A DNA stretch of 64,000 bases from Spirochaetia bacterium (GCA_965203905.1 CBDBDQ010000005.1:672001-736000), one strand, 5' to 3'; positions 1-10,063 are shown, counted from the stretch's first letter. Notes: a model not told the origin generated them from the letters alone. Numbers and translations: made by a program.

Positions 1-111
1 ATCTCCTCCCGCGTGATCTTGAAGCTGGTGCCCACTCTCTGGCCTTCGGCCGGGAGCGCAGATTCCTTGAGCCTTTTTTCGCGGGGCTGAATAGTTACAG
101 TATCCTTACCT

Positions 112-363
112 ATGGACAGAGTGCTCTCAATCAGAGTCGATGAAGAGGTCGTTCAGACTCTTGATGCTCTCGCTCGCACTCTGCAAACGTCCAGGAAGCG
201 CATCGTCGAGGACGCCATCCGGCTCTACAACGAGACGGTCGAGCAGAAGCAGGACCCGCTCGATCAATCGTTCGGCGCCTGGCGGCGGTCGGAAGCACCG
301 GACGAGTTGCACCGCCGGATACGGGCCACCTTCGAAGACTCCATGCATCGGCTCCAGAGGTGA
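112..363 (+). CDS. Ribbon-helix-helix (CopG-like) antitoxin, VapB-type
   Basis: N-terminal 'RVLSIRVDEEVVQTLDALAR...SRKRIVEDAIRLY' has the RHH pattern. The stop codon overlaps the GTG of a PIN-toxin relic. Confidence 0.75.
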   Translation: MDRVLSIRVDEEVVQTLDALARTLQTSRKRIVEDAIRLYNETVEQKQDPLDQSFGAWRRSEAPDELHRRIRATFEDSMHRLQR

Positions 364-396
364 GGGGCCTACGTCGATGCCGATGTCCTGAGCTGG
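360..396 (+). pseudogene. Truncated, frameshifted VapC (PIN) toxin relic
   Basis: GTG AGG [G] GCC TAC GTC GAT GCC GAT GTC CTG AGC TGG reads M-R-(+1)-AYVDADVLSW, the PIN first-strand motif. PIN similarity stops after about 12 codons. Confidence 0.6.
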
Positions 397-468
397 ACGA
401 ACGGAGTCCACGCAGTGCGCGGTTTACCTTCGCCGACGGGCAGCGTACCCTGCACCGGCGAAACTGGC

Positions 469-843
469 ATGGCTGCTGCGACCGAGTACGACTTCCCGCG
501 CCTGTTCACCGCCGCCGAGGCACAGCGCACGCTGCCGCTGGTGCGCACCATCGTGCGTGACATTCTGGCCCTCGGGGCGCAGGCGCGCGAGGTGCTCTCC
601 GGGCGTGCCGAGGAACCCTCTATCGAAGAGCTGCAGGATCAGCTTCAGGACCTGCTGGCCGAACTGAGCGGCATGGGCTGCTATTACAAGGACTGGAACT
701 TCCAGATCGGCCTGGTCGACTTTCCGGCGCTGATCGACGACGAGGTGGTGTTCCTGTGCTGGCGCAGCGACGAGCCCGAGCTGCGCTACTACCACCGCAT
801 CGAAGACGGCTACGCCGGGCGCCGGCCCCTGCCCCGCGACTGA
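469..843 (+). CDS. DUF2203 family protein
   Basis: 'RLFTAAEAQRTLPLVR...GCYYKD...GLVDFPALIDDEVVFLCWRSDEPELRYYHRIEDGYAGRRPL' matches DUF2203. ATG at 469 was preferred over GTG at 415. Confidence 0.85.
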   Translation: MAAATEYDFPRLFTAAEAQRTLPLVRTIVRDILALGAQAREVLSGRAEEPSIEELQDQLQDLLAELSGMGCYYKDWNFQIGLVDFPALIDDEVVFLCWRSDEPELRYYHRIEDGYAGRRPLPRD

Positions 844-858
844 CCGGAGCGCCGGAAT

Positions 859-1563
859 TCAGCGGCCGCGGGCGTCCGCGATCAGCCGCAGCGCGGTGCG
901 GACGTTGGCGGTGATGGCCGCGTAGTCACCCGCGGCGACCAGGTCCGCGCGCACCAGGTCGCTGCCCATTCCCACGCAGCAGGCCCCGGCCGCGAACCAC
1001 TCGCGCAGATTCTCGGCGCTCAGCCGCACGCCTCCGGTGGGCATGAGCCGCGCCCACGGCATCGGGCCGAGCAGGTCCTTTATGAACGCCGGGCCGCCCA
1101 TCTTGCCGGGGAAGACCTTGACGATCTCGGCACCCCACTCCTCGGCGGCGGAGATCTCGGTGGGCGTGGCGCAGCCGGGCAGGTAGGGGATCTTGCGGCG
1201 GTTGCACAGCCGGGCCACTTCGGAGTTGAAGCTCGGGCTCACCACGAAGCGGGCGCCCGCGGCGATGAACAGCGCGGCGGTTGGCGCGTCGATCACCGAG
1301 CCGACGCCGAGACTGGCCGTGTCGCGCAGCACGGGCTGCCCGGCCAGCTCCTGGAACACCTGCAGGGCGCCGGGACCACGGTTGGTGAACTCCACCGCCG
1401 CGGCACCGCCGTCCACCAGCGCCCGCGCCACCGCGGCCGCCACCGCGGCGTCGCCGTGGTAGAACAGCGGCACCAGCCCGCTGGCCAGCACCGTGCCGTA
1501 CCACTCCAGGCGGCCTCCGGGCCGGAACCCGGCTCCGCCGGACGCCGCGGCCTGCGCCGTCAT
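859..1563 (-). CDS. eda: KHG/KDPG aldolase
   Basis: Motifs 'VEFTNR', 'GVGSVIDAPTA', 'PGCATPTEI', 'VKVFP' (Schiff-base Lys) and 'LMPTGGV'. Lies downstream of uxaC. Confidence 0.92.
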   Translation of the reverse strand: MTAQAAASGGAGFRPGGRLEWYGTVLASGLVPLFYHGDAAVAAAVARALVDGGAAAVEFTNRGPGALQVFQELAGQPVLRDTASLGVGSVIDAPTAALFIAAGARFVVSPSFNSEVARLCNRRKIPYLPGCATPTEISAAEEWGAEIVKVFPGKMGGPAFIKDLLGPMPWARLMPTGGVRLSAENLREWFAAGACCVGMGSDLVRADLVAAGDYAAITANVRTALRLIADARGR

Positions 1564-1579
1564 CGCCGCTTCCCGCGCC

Positions 1580-3028
1580 CTACGCCGCGTTGCCGCCGTC
1601 CCCGCGGGTCGGGGTGACGCCGGGAACGGCGAAGTAGCGGGCGGCGTTGTCGTAGCAGATGTCCTGGATCACGCTGCCCAGGTGCGGGTAGTCGGCGGGC
1701 AACAACCCGCGTTCCACGTCCTCTCCGAACAGATCGCACACCAGCCGCCGAAAGTAGTCGTGGCGCGGGTAGGAGAGAAAGCTGCGCGAGTCGGTGACCA
1801 TGCCCACGAAGGCACTGATGACGCCGGAGTTGGAAAGCGCCGCCATCTGCGCCCGCATGCCGTCGGTCTGGTCGTTGAACCACCAGGCGGTGCCGAACTG
1901 CATCTTGCCGCGCACCGTGCCGTCCTGAAAGTTGCCGATCATCGACGCCATCAGGTCGTTGTCGGACGGGTTGAGGTTGTAGAGGATCGTCTTGGCCAGG
2001 CTGCCGTCGCGGTCGAGGTGATCGAGGAAGCGGGCCAGGGGGCGCGCCATGCTCTGGTCTCCCATGCTGTCGAAGCCGGTATCCGGCCCCAGCGCCGTGC
2101 CCATACGGGTGTTGAGGCCGCGCAGCGCGCCCAGGTGGTACTGCTGCGTCCAGCCGCGTCCCGCGTCCAGCACCGCCAGCTCATACAGCAGCGCCGACTG
2201 CAGCAGACGCAGCTCGGCGCGCTCCAGCGGCGTGCCTGAGCGCACCTTGGCGAACGCGGCCGCGGCCTCCGCGCCGGTAAACGGATCGGCGTAGATCTCC
2301 TCGATGCCGTGATCGGACAACCGGCAGCCCTGCTCGTGGAAGTAGCCGTGGCGCTGTTCCAGGGCGCGCAGCAGGTCGGCGTAGCTGCCTATCTCGATGC
2401 CCGCCGCCGCGCCGAGGCGGTCCAGGTAGGCGTTGTAGACGGGCGGATCGGCTGCCGCCATCGCCTTGTCGGGACGGAACGCCGGCGCCACCACCACGGA
2501 GAAGCCGGGGTCGGCAGCGATGGCGCGGTGCGAGGCCAGGTCGTCGCCGGGATCGTCGGTGGTGCACACCGCCCGCACGTCGAACGACTGCATGATGCCG
2601 CGCACCCGCAGCTCGTCGCTCGCCAGCAGCTCGTTGCAGCGGTCGTACACGGCGTCGGCATTGGCCGACGTAAGCAGCTCGTCGATGCCGAAGGGCCGCC
2701 GCAGCTCCATGTGGGTCCAGTGGTACACCGGGTTGCGCACCGTGTAGGGCACCACCTCGGCCCAGGCGTGGAACTTGGCGCGGTCGTCGGCGGAACCGGT
2801 GATGAGCTCCTCGGACACGCCCAGGGCCCGCATCACCCGCCACTTGTAGTGATCGCCGCCGAGCCAGATCTCCGTCAGGTTCGCAAACTGGTGGTTGTCC
2901 GCGATCTGCTCCGGGGGCAGGTGGCAGTGATAGTCGAAGATCGGCATCTCGCGGGCGTAATCGAAGTAGAGACGGCGGGCGGCGGGGTTGCTGAGCAGGA
3001 AGTCCTCGCCCAGGAATTCACTGGCCAT
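1580..3028 (-). CDS. uxaC: Glucuronate (uronate) isomerase
   Basis: Motifs 'PIFDYHCHLPP', 'GDHYKWR', 'CTTDDP', 'WWFND' and 'GMVTDSRSFLSYPRHDYFRR'. Start at 3028 lies 10 nt after TAGAAT. Confidence 0.97.
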   Translation of the reverse strand: MASEFLGEDFLLSNPAARRLYFDYAREMPIFDYHCHLPPEQIADNHQFANLTEIWLGGDHYKWRVMRALGVSEELITGSADDRAKFHAWAEVVPYTVRNPVYHWTHMELRRPFGIDELLTSANADAVYDRCNELLASDELRVRGIMQSFDVRAVCTTDDPGDDLASHRAIAADPGFSVVVAPAFRPDKAMAAADPPVYNAYLDRLGAAAGIEIGSYADLLRALEQRHGYFHEQGCRLSDHGIEEIYADPFTGAEAAAAFAKVRSGTPLERAELRLLQSALLYELAVLDAGRGWTQQYHLGALRGLNTRMGTALGPDTGFDSMGDQSMARPLARFLDHLDRDGSLAKTILYNLNPSDNDLMASMIGNFQDGTVRGKMQFGTAWWFNDQTDGMRAQMAALSNSGVISAFVGMVTDSRSFLSYPRHDYFRRLVCDLFGEDVERGLLPADYPHLGSVIQDICYDNAARYFAVPGVTPTRGDGGNAA

Positions 3029-3149
3029 GGTGGCTGCCATTCTACGGGCGTTGTCGGAGGACCGACAAGCTCGCGCGTCGACGGAGTGGACGGCGGGCTA
3101 CGGGCTGCGGTGGAGCAGAAGCGCGTGCGCCGGTACAGTGCGACAACCG

Positions 3150-4022
3150 ATGGAGCACGCCAACCGGCTGCCGCGACTGCTGGCCGTCGACCTCGACGGC
3201 ACCCTGCTGACCCCCGACCGGCGGATCGGCGCAGGTGACGCCGACGCCTTGCGCCGATCGGTCGATGCCGGGGTCGCCGTGCTGGTGGCCACCGGACGCG
3301 GCCTGCACACCGCACGCCCGGTGCTGGAGGCATTGCCGGTGCCGGCCTACGCGGCGCTCCACAACGGCGCGCTGATGCTGGACCCTTCCGGCGCCGAGCT
3401 GTGGCGGGTGTCGATGCAGCCGCGGGCGGTGGCGGCGGCCCTGCCGCTGGTGCGCGGAGCCGGCCTGCACCCGATGCTGTACGTCGGCGTCGCCGGCGCC
3501 GGAGGCGACGACGTGACGCTGGTGCTGGAACGGGACGCCAGGGACTCCGCGTATGCGCAGGAATACCTGCGCACCAAGGGGCCCATCCTGGAACTGGTCG
3601 CGGACGTGGCGGCGGCCTGCGACCGCGGGGTGCTGGGGATCGTGAGCTTCGGGTCGCGCGACTCCGTGACCGCCGCGGCAAGCGCCGTGGCGCCGCTGAA
3701 CGGGAGCGTGGAGAGCTGGTGGAGCCCGTCAACCGGCTCCGGCGCCGACCTGTTCGAAGCGCTGGCTCCCGGTGGTGCCAAGGGTTGCACGCTGCGGCGC
3801 CTGACCGAGCGGCTGGGCTTCACGCCGGAGGAAGTGATGGCCATCGGCGACAACAACAACGACCTGGACATGCTGCGCTACGCCGGCACCGCGGTCGCCA
3901 TGGCCAACGCCACGCCCGAGGCACGTGCCGCCGCCCACTTCGTCACCACCGCCAACACCGCCGACGGCGTCGCCCACGCCCTGTGGCGCGTCGGCCTGCC
4001 GACGCGCCACAGGCAAGGCTAG
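3150..4022 (+). CDS. Cof-type HAD-IIB hydrolase
   Basis: HAD motifs 'DLDGTLL', 'ATGR', 'K-G' and 'AIGDNNNDLDML..AGTAVAMANA'. Confidence 0.9.
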   Translation: MEHANRLPRLLAVDLDGTLLTPDRRIGAGDADALRRSVDAGVAVLVATGRGLHTARPVLEALPVPAYAALHNGALMLDPSGAELWRVSMQPRAVAAALPLVRGAGLHPMLYVGVAGAGGDDVTLVLERDARDSAYAQEYLRTKGPILELVADVAAACDRGVLGIVSFGSRDSVTAAASAVAPLNGSVESWWSPSTGSGADLFEALAPGGAKGCTLRRLTERLGFTPEEVMAIGDNNNDLDMLRYAGTAVAMANATPEARAAAHFVTTANTADGVAHALWRVGLPTRHRQG

Positions 4023-4152
4023 ACTGGGCGCGTATCGGCCTGTCCATACGCACCCGCGCACGGCGCTCGGACCACCTGCAGGTCCGGGCCAGGCTCAGCC
4101 GTGGCGCGGCGGCCGGGTTGCAGCAGCCGGCGGAATGCCCTACGTTGGCCGC

Positions 4153-5124
4153 ATGGCTTCCGTGCGCACGCTCCGGCCGCCCGTCGACCCACCCGTCGAG
4201 GCGGTCCCGCGCGCCCAGCCGCCGACGGCGGCCGAGTTCCCCGGCTGCCGGCCGGTCCGCCTGCCGCGGGAGGAACTCGACCACTGCGAGGTGAGATTCG
4301 AGTACTGGGACACCGCCTCCGAGACCGCCTGGATCTGCGACCCGGTCAGCTCCGACCACGAAGACCCCACGCGTTGCCTGGGGAGGTTGGCCGAGCGCAT
4401 CGCCGCGGTGCGTGGGGCGCCGGTGAAGTGCCTCGGCAGCACCGACCTGACCGAACGCGACGAGCACGGCGAGCCGCAGCTCATCATGCAGGCGGACGAG
4501 ATGGTGTACCTGCACCCGGCGCGCGCCCGGCTGCCGCGGCCGGCTCTGACGATCGGCGAGCATGACTTCCCGGACGTGGTGCTGGAAGTGGACCACACCA
4601 CCGACGTGCGGCCGCGCAAGCTGGGGCAGTATGAGGCGTGGGGGTTCCCGGAGGTGTGGGTGGAAGTGCCGGAGGCGCGCCCGTCCGGCCGTCCGCGGAG
4701 CCGGCGTTCGGCGCTGACCATCCACCTGCTGGAGGATGGAGCGTATCGGGAGGCGGCGCAGAGCCGTGCGTTTCCGGGCTGGACGGCGACGGAGATTCAC
4801 GCGGCATTGAACGAGGAAACGTTCTCCGCACGGACCAGCGCGGTGCTGGAGCGGGTGGGGGCGGTGCTCGGGGAGCGGGAAGGCACCGGCCCGGACGACG
4901 ACCCGCTGCTGGGCGCACTGCGCCGCCGGAGCCGGGCGGATGAGCGCACCGAACTGGCGCGGGCGCTGTTGGCGGCGCGCGGCATCGAGGTCTCGGCCGG
5001 ATTCCCCGGCGTGCCCGGCTTCGCCGAGTTGCCCGCCGACGCCATCGCGGAGGCCGCCACCGCCTGCGTCAGCGAGGCCGACTTCCAGCACCGTCTGCGC
5101 AGCCGCCAGGAGCCTGTACACTGA
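4153..5124 (+). CDS. Uma2 family (PD-(D/E)xK) endonuclease-like protein with C-terminal extension
   Basis: Motifs 'MQADE', 'FPDVVLEVDHTTD', 'KLGQYEAWGFPEVWV' and 'SRAFPG'. Confidence 0.8.
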   Translation: MASVRTLRPPVDPPVEAVPRAQPPTAAEFPGCRPVRLPREELDHCEVRFEYWDTASETAWICDPVSSDHEDPTRCLGRLAERIAAVRGAPVKCLGSTDLTERDEHGEPQLIMQADEMVYLHPARARLPRPALTIGEHDFPDVVLEVDHTTDVRPRKLGQYEAWGFPEVWVEVPEARPSGRPRSRRSALTIHLLEDGAYREAAQSRAFPGWTATEIHAALNEETFSARTSAVLERVGAVLGEREGTGPDDDPLLGALRRRSRADERTELARALLAARGIEVSAGFPGVPGFAELPADAIAEAATACVSEADFQHRLRSRQEPVH

Positions 5125-5131
5125 CGCTCCC

Positions 5132-5581
5132 ATGCTCGATCTACCGCTGATCCATCCTGACATCCTGCGCGTGCTGGGTCGTGCCGGACACGGCTCGCAG
5201 GTGCTGATCGCCGACGGCAACTACCCGTTCCGCACCACCCTGGGTCCCAACGCCGAGTTGGTGAGCCTCAACCTGGCTCCCGGCATCGTCAGCGCCAGCG
5301 ACGTGCTGGCAGCGGTGGCGGCCGCGATCCCGGTTGAGGCGGCCGCGGTGATGGCCACCGCCAAGGAAGGGCCCTACGCCATGACCGAGGACCCGCCGAT
5401 CTGGGCCGAGTTCCGCGACCTGCTGGCAGCGAACGGCTACGACGGGCCGCTGGACGAGATCGAGCGGTTCGCGTTCTACGAAGCGGGTCGCGGCGCGGAC
5501 GTGGCGCTCGCCATCGCCACCGGCGAGCAGCGCATCTACGCCAACCTGCTGCTCACCATCGGAGTCATCCAGCCCGACTGA
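5132..5581 (+). CDS. RbsD/FucU family sugar mutarotase/pyranase
   Basis: Motifs 'IHPDILRVLGRAGHGSQVLIADGNYP', 'IERFAFYE' and 'IATGEQRIYANLLLTIGV'. Confidence 0.92.
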   Translation: MLDLPLIHPDILRVLGRAGHGSQVLIADGNYPFRTTLGPNAELVSLNLAPGIVSASDVLAAVAAAIPVEAAAVMATAKEGPYAMTEDPPIWAEFRDLLAANGYDGPLDEIERFAFYEAGRGADVALAIATGEQRIYANLLLTIGVIQPD

Positions 5582-5605
5582 CCGCGGCGCGCACCCGGAG
5601 CCGGC

Positions 5606-6634
5606 TCAGCCTCCGACCGCGCGCGCCACGGGCAGGGCGAAGTAGGTGAGGATCAGGTCAGCGCCGGCGCGCTTGATGGCGGTTACCGTCTCCAGCATCA
5701 CGGCGTTCTCGTCGAGCCAGCCGCGCGCCGCCGCCGCCTTGATCATGGCGTACTCCCCGCTCACCTGGTATGCGGCCACCGGCACGGTCGACTCTGCCTT
5801 CACCGCCGCCACCACGTCCAGGTAGGGCAGCGCCGGCTTCACCATCACCATGTCGGCGCCCTCGTCCAGGTCCAACAGGATCTCGCGCAGGGCCTCGCGG
5901 CGGTTGGCCGGATCCATCTGGTAGCTCTTCTTGTCGCCGTGCTTGGGCGCCGAGTCGAGGGCGTCGCGGAACGGGCCGTAGAACGCCGAGGCGTACTTGG
6001 CGCTGTAGGCGAGGATGCCCACCTCGGTGAATCCGGCGTCGTCCAGGGCGTCGCGGATATACCCGACACGGCCATCCATCATGTCGGAGGGCGCCACCAG
6101 GTCAGCCCCCGCCTGCGCCTGCGCTACCGCCATGTCGCAGAGAATGTCGACGCTCTCGTCGTTGACGATCCTGCCGTCCACTACCAGGCCGTCGTGGCCG
6201 TCGCTGGAGTAAGGGTCCATGGCCACGTCGGTGATCACCAGGAGCTCCGGCAGCGCCTCCTTCAAGTCGCGCACCGTGCGCTGCAGCAGGCCGTCGGGGT
6301 TGGCCGACTCGGTGGCGTGGCTGTCCTTGAGCGAGTCGGCCACCACCGGGAACAGCGCTACCGCGGGGATGCCCAGGGCGTGCGCGGCGCGCGCCCGGGC
6401 CACGACGCGGTCCGGGCTCAGGCGGCTGGTGTCGGGCATCGAGGCCACCGGCTCCTCCAGGTCGGAGCCGTCCACCACGAACAGCGGCAGCACCAGGTCC
6501 GCCGGGGTGACATGCGTTTCCCGTACCAGCGCCCGCAGGGCCGCGGTGCGGCGGTTGCGGCGCGGCCGGATCGGCAGGTCCAGTTGCCCGCCGGAACGCG
6601 TCGGCGAGCCGTTGTGGGAGCTGTGGGAGGCCAT
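5606..6634 (-). CDS. hemB: Porphobilinogen synthase (ALA dehydratase), Asp-rich metal site type
   Basis: Motifs 'RPRRNRR', 'DVAMDPYSSDGHDG', 'APSDMMDGRV', 'YSAKYASAFYGPFRDA', 'MVKP' and 'YQVSGEYAMIKAA'. Confidence 0.98.
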   Translation of the reverse strand: MASHSSHNGSPTRSGGQLDLPIRPRRNRRTAALRALVRETHVTPADLVLPLFVVDGSDLEEPVASMPDTSRLSPDRVVARARAAHALGIPAVALFPVVADSLKDSHATESANPDGLLQRTVRDLKEALPELLVITDVAMDPYSSDGHDGLVVDGRIVNDESVDILCDMAVAQAQAGADLVAPSDMMDGRVGYIRDALDDAGFTEVGILAYSAKYASAFYGPFRDALDSAPKHGDKKSYQMDPANRREALREILLDLDEGADMVMVKPALPYLDVVAAVKAESTVPVAAYQVSGEYAMIKAAAARGWLDENAVMLETVTAIKRAGADLILTYFALPVARAVGG

Positions 6635-6750
6635 GGCGCCGTTCAGTGTAGCTACCGCCCCCGGCGCCCCGCAACCGCCACGTACCGCCCGCCCACCGTG
6701 GCGCCCGTCACCTTCCCCAGCTCCTGTCGCCGACCTATACTGGCCTGACG

Positions 6751-7446
6751 ATGCCGACGCACCTGTCAGCCGGCGCCGACCTGGAGCGTGTGCTGCTTAC
6801 CGCCGAGGATTTCCTCGAATGGCTCGATCCGGAGGTCTCGGCCGACCTGATCGACGGAGAAATCTTCATGCACTCGCCCGTGTCCATCCGCCACGCCAAG
6901 CTGCTCAACTTCCTCGATCGCCTCCTCGGTACGTATGTGGACGAACTCGGACTTGGGCAACTGTTCCGAGAGGAGGTCGCGGTCCGACTCAGTTCGCGGA
7001 ACGTGTATCTTCCGGATTTGGCGTTTTATCGTGCCGAACGTGAGGATCGGATCCACGAAAATCATGTCGAAGGCGCACCCGACCTGGTGGTCGAGGCGTT
7101 GAGCCCGCGGACCGCCGACCGCGATGTGGGGGTCAAGTTCGCCGAGTACGAGCAGCACGGCGTTACCGAGTACTGGGTGCTGGATCCCGAGACCCTGGCC
7201 CACCGCTTCTACCGCCGTGACGGCGAGCTGCTGGTGGAGTACGCCGCGGGAGCGGCCAGGATCGAGTCTCGCATGGTGCCGGGATTCTTCGTTCTCCGGG
7301 AGTGGCTGGACCCGGAACGTACGCCCTCCATCCTGGAGTCGATCGCCCGGAATCCATGCCGCGCCAGCGCCGTAGGACGCGGCAACAACATGTTTCTCAC
7401 GGGGACCGAGTACTCTCCGACCACCACGAAATCGTTGCCGAGCTGA
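6751..7446 (+). CDS. Uma2 family endonuclease-like protein
   Basis: Motifs 'DLIDGEIF', 'PDLAF', 'GAPDLVVEALSPRTADRD..KFAEYEQHGVTEYWVLDP'. The last ~30 aa look like a non-homologous read-through tail. Confidence 0.88.
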   Translation: MPTHLSAGADLERVLLTAEDFLEWLDPEVSADLIDGEIFMHSPVSIRHAKLLNFLDRLLGTYVDELGLGQLFREEVAVRLSSRNVYLPDLAFYRAEREDRIHENHVEGAPDLVVEALSPRTADRDVGVKFAEYEQHGVTEYWVLDPETLAHRFYRRDGELLVEYAAGAARIESRMVPGFFVLREWLDPERTPSILESIARNPCRASAVGRGNNMFLTGTEYSPTTTKSLPS

Positions 7447-7461
7447 CGGCTCAGGGATAAG

Positions 7462-8298
7462 ATGCCGCCACTGGCCCGCTCTTTGGGACGAACTGAGATG
7501 CCGGAAGCGCTGCCCCTCGTGGCACAGCCCGATCTGCCCAGCCAGGTGCGCGCCGTGGAGGAGGACGGGTACGTCTACCTGCCGGCGGTGCTCGACGCGG
7601 AGCAGACCGCCGAGCTGCGGGCGCACATGGACCGGCTGCAGCCGAACCCCGAGAGCTTCGACCGCGGCCTGGACCTGGAAGCCGACGGCTTCATCAACCG
7701 CCACATCAACAACGCCTTCAACCGCGATCCCCACTTCGTCCAGTTTCTCGACTACCCGGGGGTCATCGAGATCGCCGAGGCGCTGCACGGCGGCGACTGC
7801 CACGTGATCGGCATGACGGCGTGGATGACCGGACCGGGGCGTCCGGACCAGGGCCTGCACGCGGACTGGCAGCCGCTCACCCTGCCCGAGGACGTGATGG
7901 CCGACCCGCGGGTGCGCATCCCCGTGTACATCTCCACCGCCCACTTCTACCTGGACGACCTCACCGAGGAGCTCGGCCCCACCCGCTTCGTGCCCGGCAG
8001 CCACCGCGCCGGCCGCGCCCCCAACGGCGACACCACCTGGAATGGGCGCGGCGAGCAGAGCATTCTGTGCAACGCGGGAGACGTGGTGATCTTCCGCAGC
8101 GAGGTGTGGCACCGCGGCACCGCCAACCACAGCGACCGGGTGCGCTACCTGCTGCAGGTGCACTACTCCCAACGCGGGATCGCGCAGCGGTTCCCGCCCT
8201 ACCTGCACCGCTTCAATGTCGATCCCGAGATCGTGGCGATCACGACCGAACGCCAGCGGCGAATGCTGGGGGATCACCCGATGGGGAACTACGATTGA
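7462..8298 (+). CDS. Phytanoyl-CoA dioxygenase (PhyH) family Fe(II)/2OG oxygenase
   Basis: Motifs 'DGYVYLPAVL', HxD 'LHADW', 'GPTRFVPGSH' and 'AGDVVIF..EVWHRG'. The start may be at 7498. Confidence 0.88.
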   Translation: MPPLARSLGRTEMPEALPLVAQPDLPSQVRAVEEDGYVYLPAVLDAEQTAELRAHMDRLQPNPESFDRGLDLEADGFINRHINNAFNRDPHFVQFLDYPGVIEIAEALHGGDCHVIGMTAWMTGPGRPDQGLHADWQPLTLPEDVMADPRVRIPVYISTAHFYLDDLTEELGPTRFVPGSHRAGRAPNGDTTWNGRGEQSILCNAGDVVIFRSEVWHRGTANHSDRVRYLLQVHYSQRGIAQRFPPYLHRFNVDPEIVAITTERQRRMLGDHPMGNYD

Positions 8299-9188
8299 GC
8301 GACCACCCCTGGCGCCTGGGCGTCGTGACCGACGAGATTGCGGCGGACCCGACTGTGGCCCTGCCGGCGGCGCGCGCGATGGGCTTGACCCACGTCGAGC
8401 TGAACCGGGTCGGCGACCTCGGAATCCATGAGCTGGACGACGCCGGCGTGGCCGAGTTGCGGCGCATGCTCGAGGCGGAGGGGCTGCAGGTAGTGGCCGT
8501 GGATCCGCCCGCCTTCAAGGCGATCGAGCTGGACGATGTACCGGTCGCGGAGGTGACCGGTCACCCGGCGGTGGTCGAGCACCTCGGCCAGATCCGCAGC
8601 GGCTGCCAGGTGGCGTGCGAGTTGGGAGCCGGCATCGTGCGCGTGTTCTCGTTCCGGCGCAGCAACATGGTCGGAGCCGGCAACCCCTCGCCGCGCGAAC
8701 CGGGGGGCGGCACCATCCCGGATGACCTGCTGCCGAAGATCGTCGCCGGGCTGCGTGCCGCGGTGGCGATCGCCGACGAACACCAGGTGACCCTCGGGCT
8801 GGAGAACGTGCGCTCCTGCTGGGGCAACTCCGGGCCCAACGCGGCGCGCATCCTGGCCGCCGTGGACCACCCCCGCCTGCGTGCCATCTGGGACCCCGGC
8901 AACGACTACGTCTCCGGCGGCGTGCCCTACCCCGACGGCTACCGGGCGGTGCTCCCCTACCTCGTGCACGTGCACGTGAAGGACGCCGCGGTGGTGGACG
9001 CCGCCACCGGCCTCACCCGCTGGGCCTGCATCGGCAGCGGCGGCGTGGACTACGCCGGCCAGATCGCCGCCCTGCGCCGCGACGGCTACGCTGGCGTGAT
9101 CAGCGTCGAGACCCACTGGCGCAAGCCCGGCGACGACGGTCCCGAGTCCACCCGCGACACCCTCGCCGGCCTGCGCCGCTTCCTGTGA
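8295..9188 (+). CDS. Sugar phosphate isomerase/epimerase (AP endonuclease 2 TIM barrel)
   Basis: Motifs 'LGVVTDEI', 'LGLEN', 'WDPGN', 'HVHVKD' and 'GYAGVISVETH'. The TTG start overlaps the PhyH stop. Confidence 0.88.
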   Translation: MSDHPWRLGVVTDEIAADPTVALPAARAMGLTHVELNRVGDLGIHELDDAGVAELRRMLEAEGLQVVAVDPPAFKAIELDDVPVAEVTGHPAVVEHLGQIRSGCQVACELGAGIVRVFSFRRSNMVGAGNPSPREPGGGTIPDDLLPKIVAGLRAAVAIADEHQVTLGLENVRSCWGNSGPNAARILAAVDHPRLRAIWDPGNDYVSGGVPYPDGYRAVLPYLVHVHVKDAAVVDAATGLTRWACIGSGGVDYAGQIAALRRDGYAGVISVETHWRKPGDDGPESTRDTLAGLRRFL

Positions 9189-10063
9189 GCAAGCCAGCGC
9201 TCGCCCACACCGACGTACCGGTCGAGGTTCGCAACCTGCGCAAGCGTTACGGGAAGGGCGCGTGGGCCAACGACGGCATTTCGTTCGCCGCGCTCGGCGG
9301 GGAGATTCTCGGCATCGTCGGCCCCAACGGCGCCGGCAAGACCACCCTGATCCGCCAGATCACCACCGAGCTGCGCCCCACCTCGGGCGAGGTACGGGTG
9401 TTCGGAATCGACGCGGTCGCGCGGCCGCATGCCGTCAAACAGATGATGGGCGTGATGCCGCAGGAGGCCACCCTGTACTGGGGCCTGTCGGTGCGCCATC
9501 ACCTGCGCATCTTCGCCAAGCTGCGCGGCCTGCGCCGGCGGGCCGCAGCGCGCCGTTGCGAGGAGTTGATCGCCGAACTGGGCCTGCAGGAGCACCGCGA
9601 CAAGAGCACGGAGACCCTTTCGGGAGGGCTGCGGAGGCGCGTGCTGCTGGGCATCGCCGCGGTGGCCGATTCGCCGCTCCTTATCCTCGACGAGCCCAGC
9701 GTCGGCCTCGACCCGGAGGCACGACGCGACCTGTGGGAGCTGCTGCGCTCCTACCGGCAGCGCGGCAAGACCGTGCTGCTCTCTACCCACTACATGGAGG
9801 AAGCGGAAGCGCTCTGTTCCCGCGTCGGCATCATCCAGCGCGGCTCGTTGCGGGCGTTGGACACGGTCGAGAACCTGTATTCCGCGTACGGCTACGAGTA
9901 CAAGATCACCTTCGCCACCGCGGACGGCGGCGAGACCCTCTACGGCAATGACGACCGGCTGCTGGTGCGGCAGGCCCAGGAACGAGGCAGCGACCAGTAC
10001 AGCGTCTCGCGTACCACCCTGGAGGACGTCTACCTCGGCCTGATCCAGGGGGCCGGGGAATGA
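9185..10063 (+). CDS. ABC-2 type exporter ATP-binding protein
   Basis: Walker A 'GPNGAGKTT', signature 'LSGG', Walker B 'LILDEP' and H-loop 'STHYMEEAE'. Confidence 0.95.
   Translation: MSKPALAHTDVPVEVRNLRKRYGKGAWANDGISFAALGGEILGIVGPNGAGKTTLIRQITTELRPTSGEVRVFGIDAVARPHAVKQMMGVMPQEATLYWGLSVRHHLRIFAKLRGLRRRAAARRCEELIAELGLQEHRDKSTETLSGGLRRRVLLGIAAVADSPLLILDEPSVGLDPEARRDLWELLRSYRQRGKTVLLSTHYMEEAEALCSRVGIIQRGSLRALDTVENLYSAYGYEYKITFATADGGETLYGNDDRLLVRQAQERGSDQYSVSRTTLEDVYLGLIQGAGE

Noticed and set aside
1-100. Possible minus-strand gene start running off the left edge (…VGTSFKITREE)
   Set aside because: Too short to assign or support.
4153-7446. Two Uma2 genes as a restriction or defence system
   Set aside because: They are not adjacent, have no methylase or partner gene, and stand-alone Uma2 paralogs are common.
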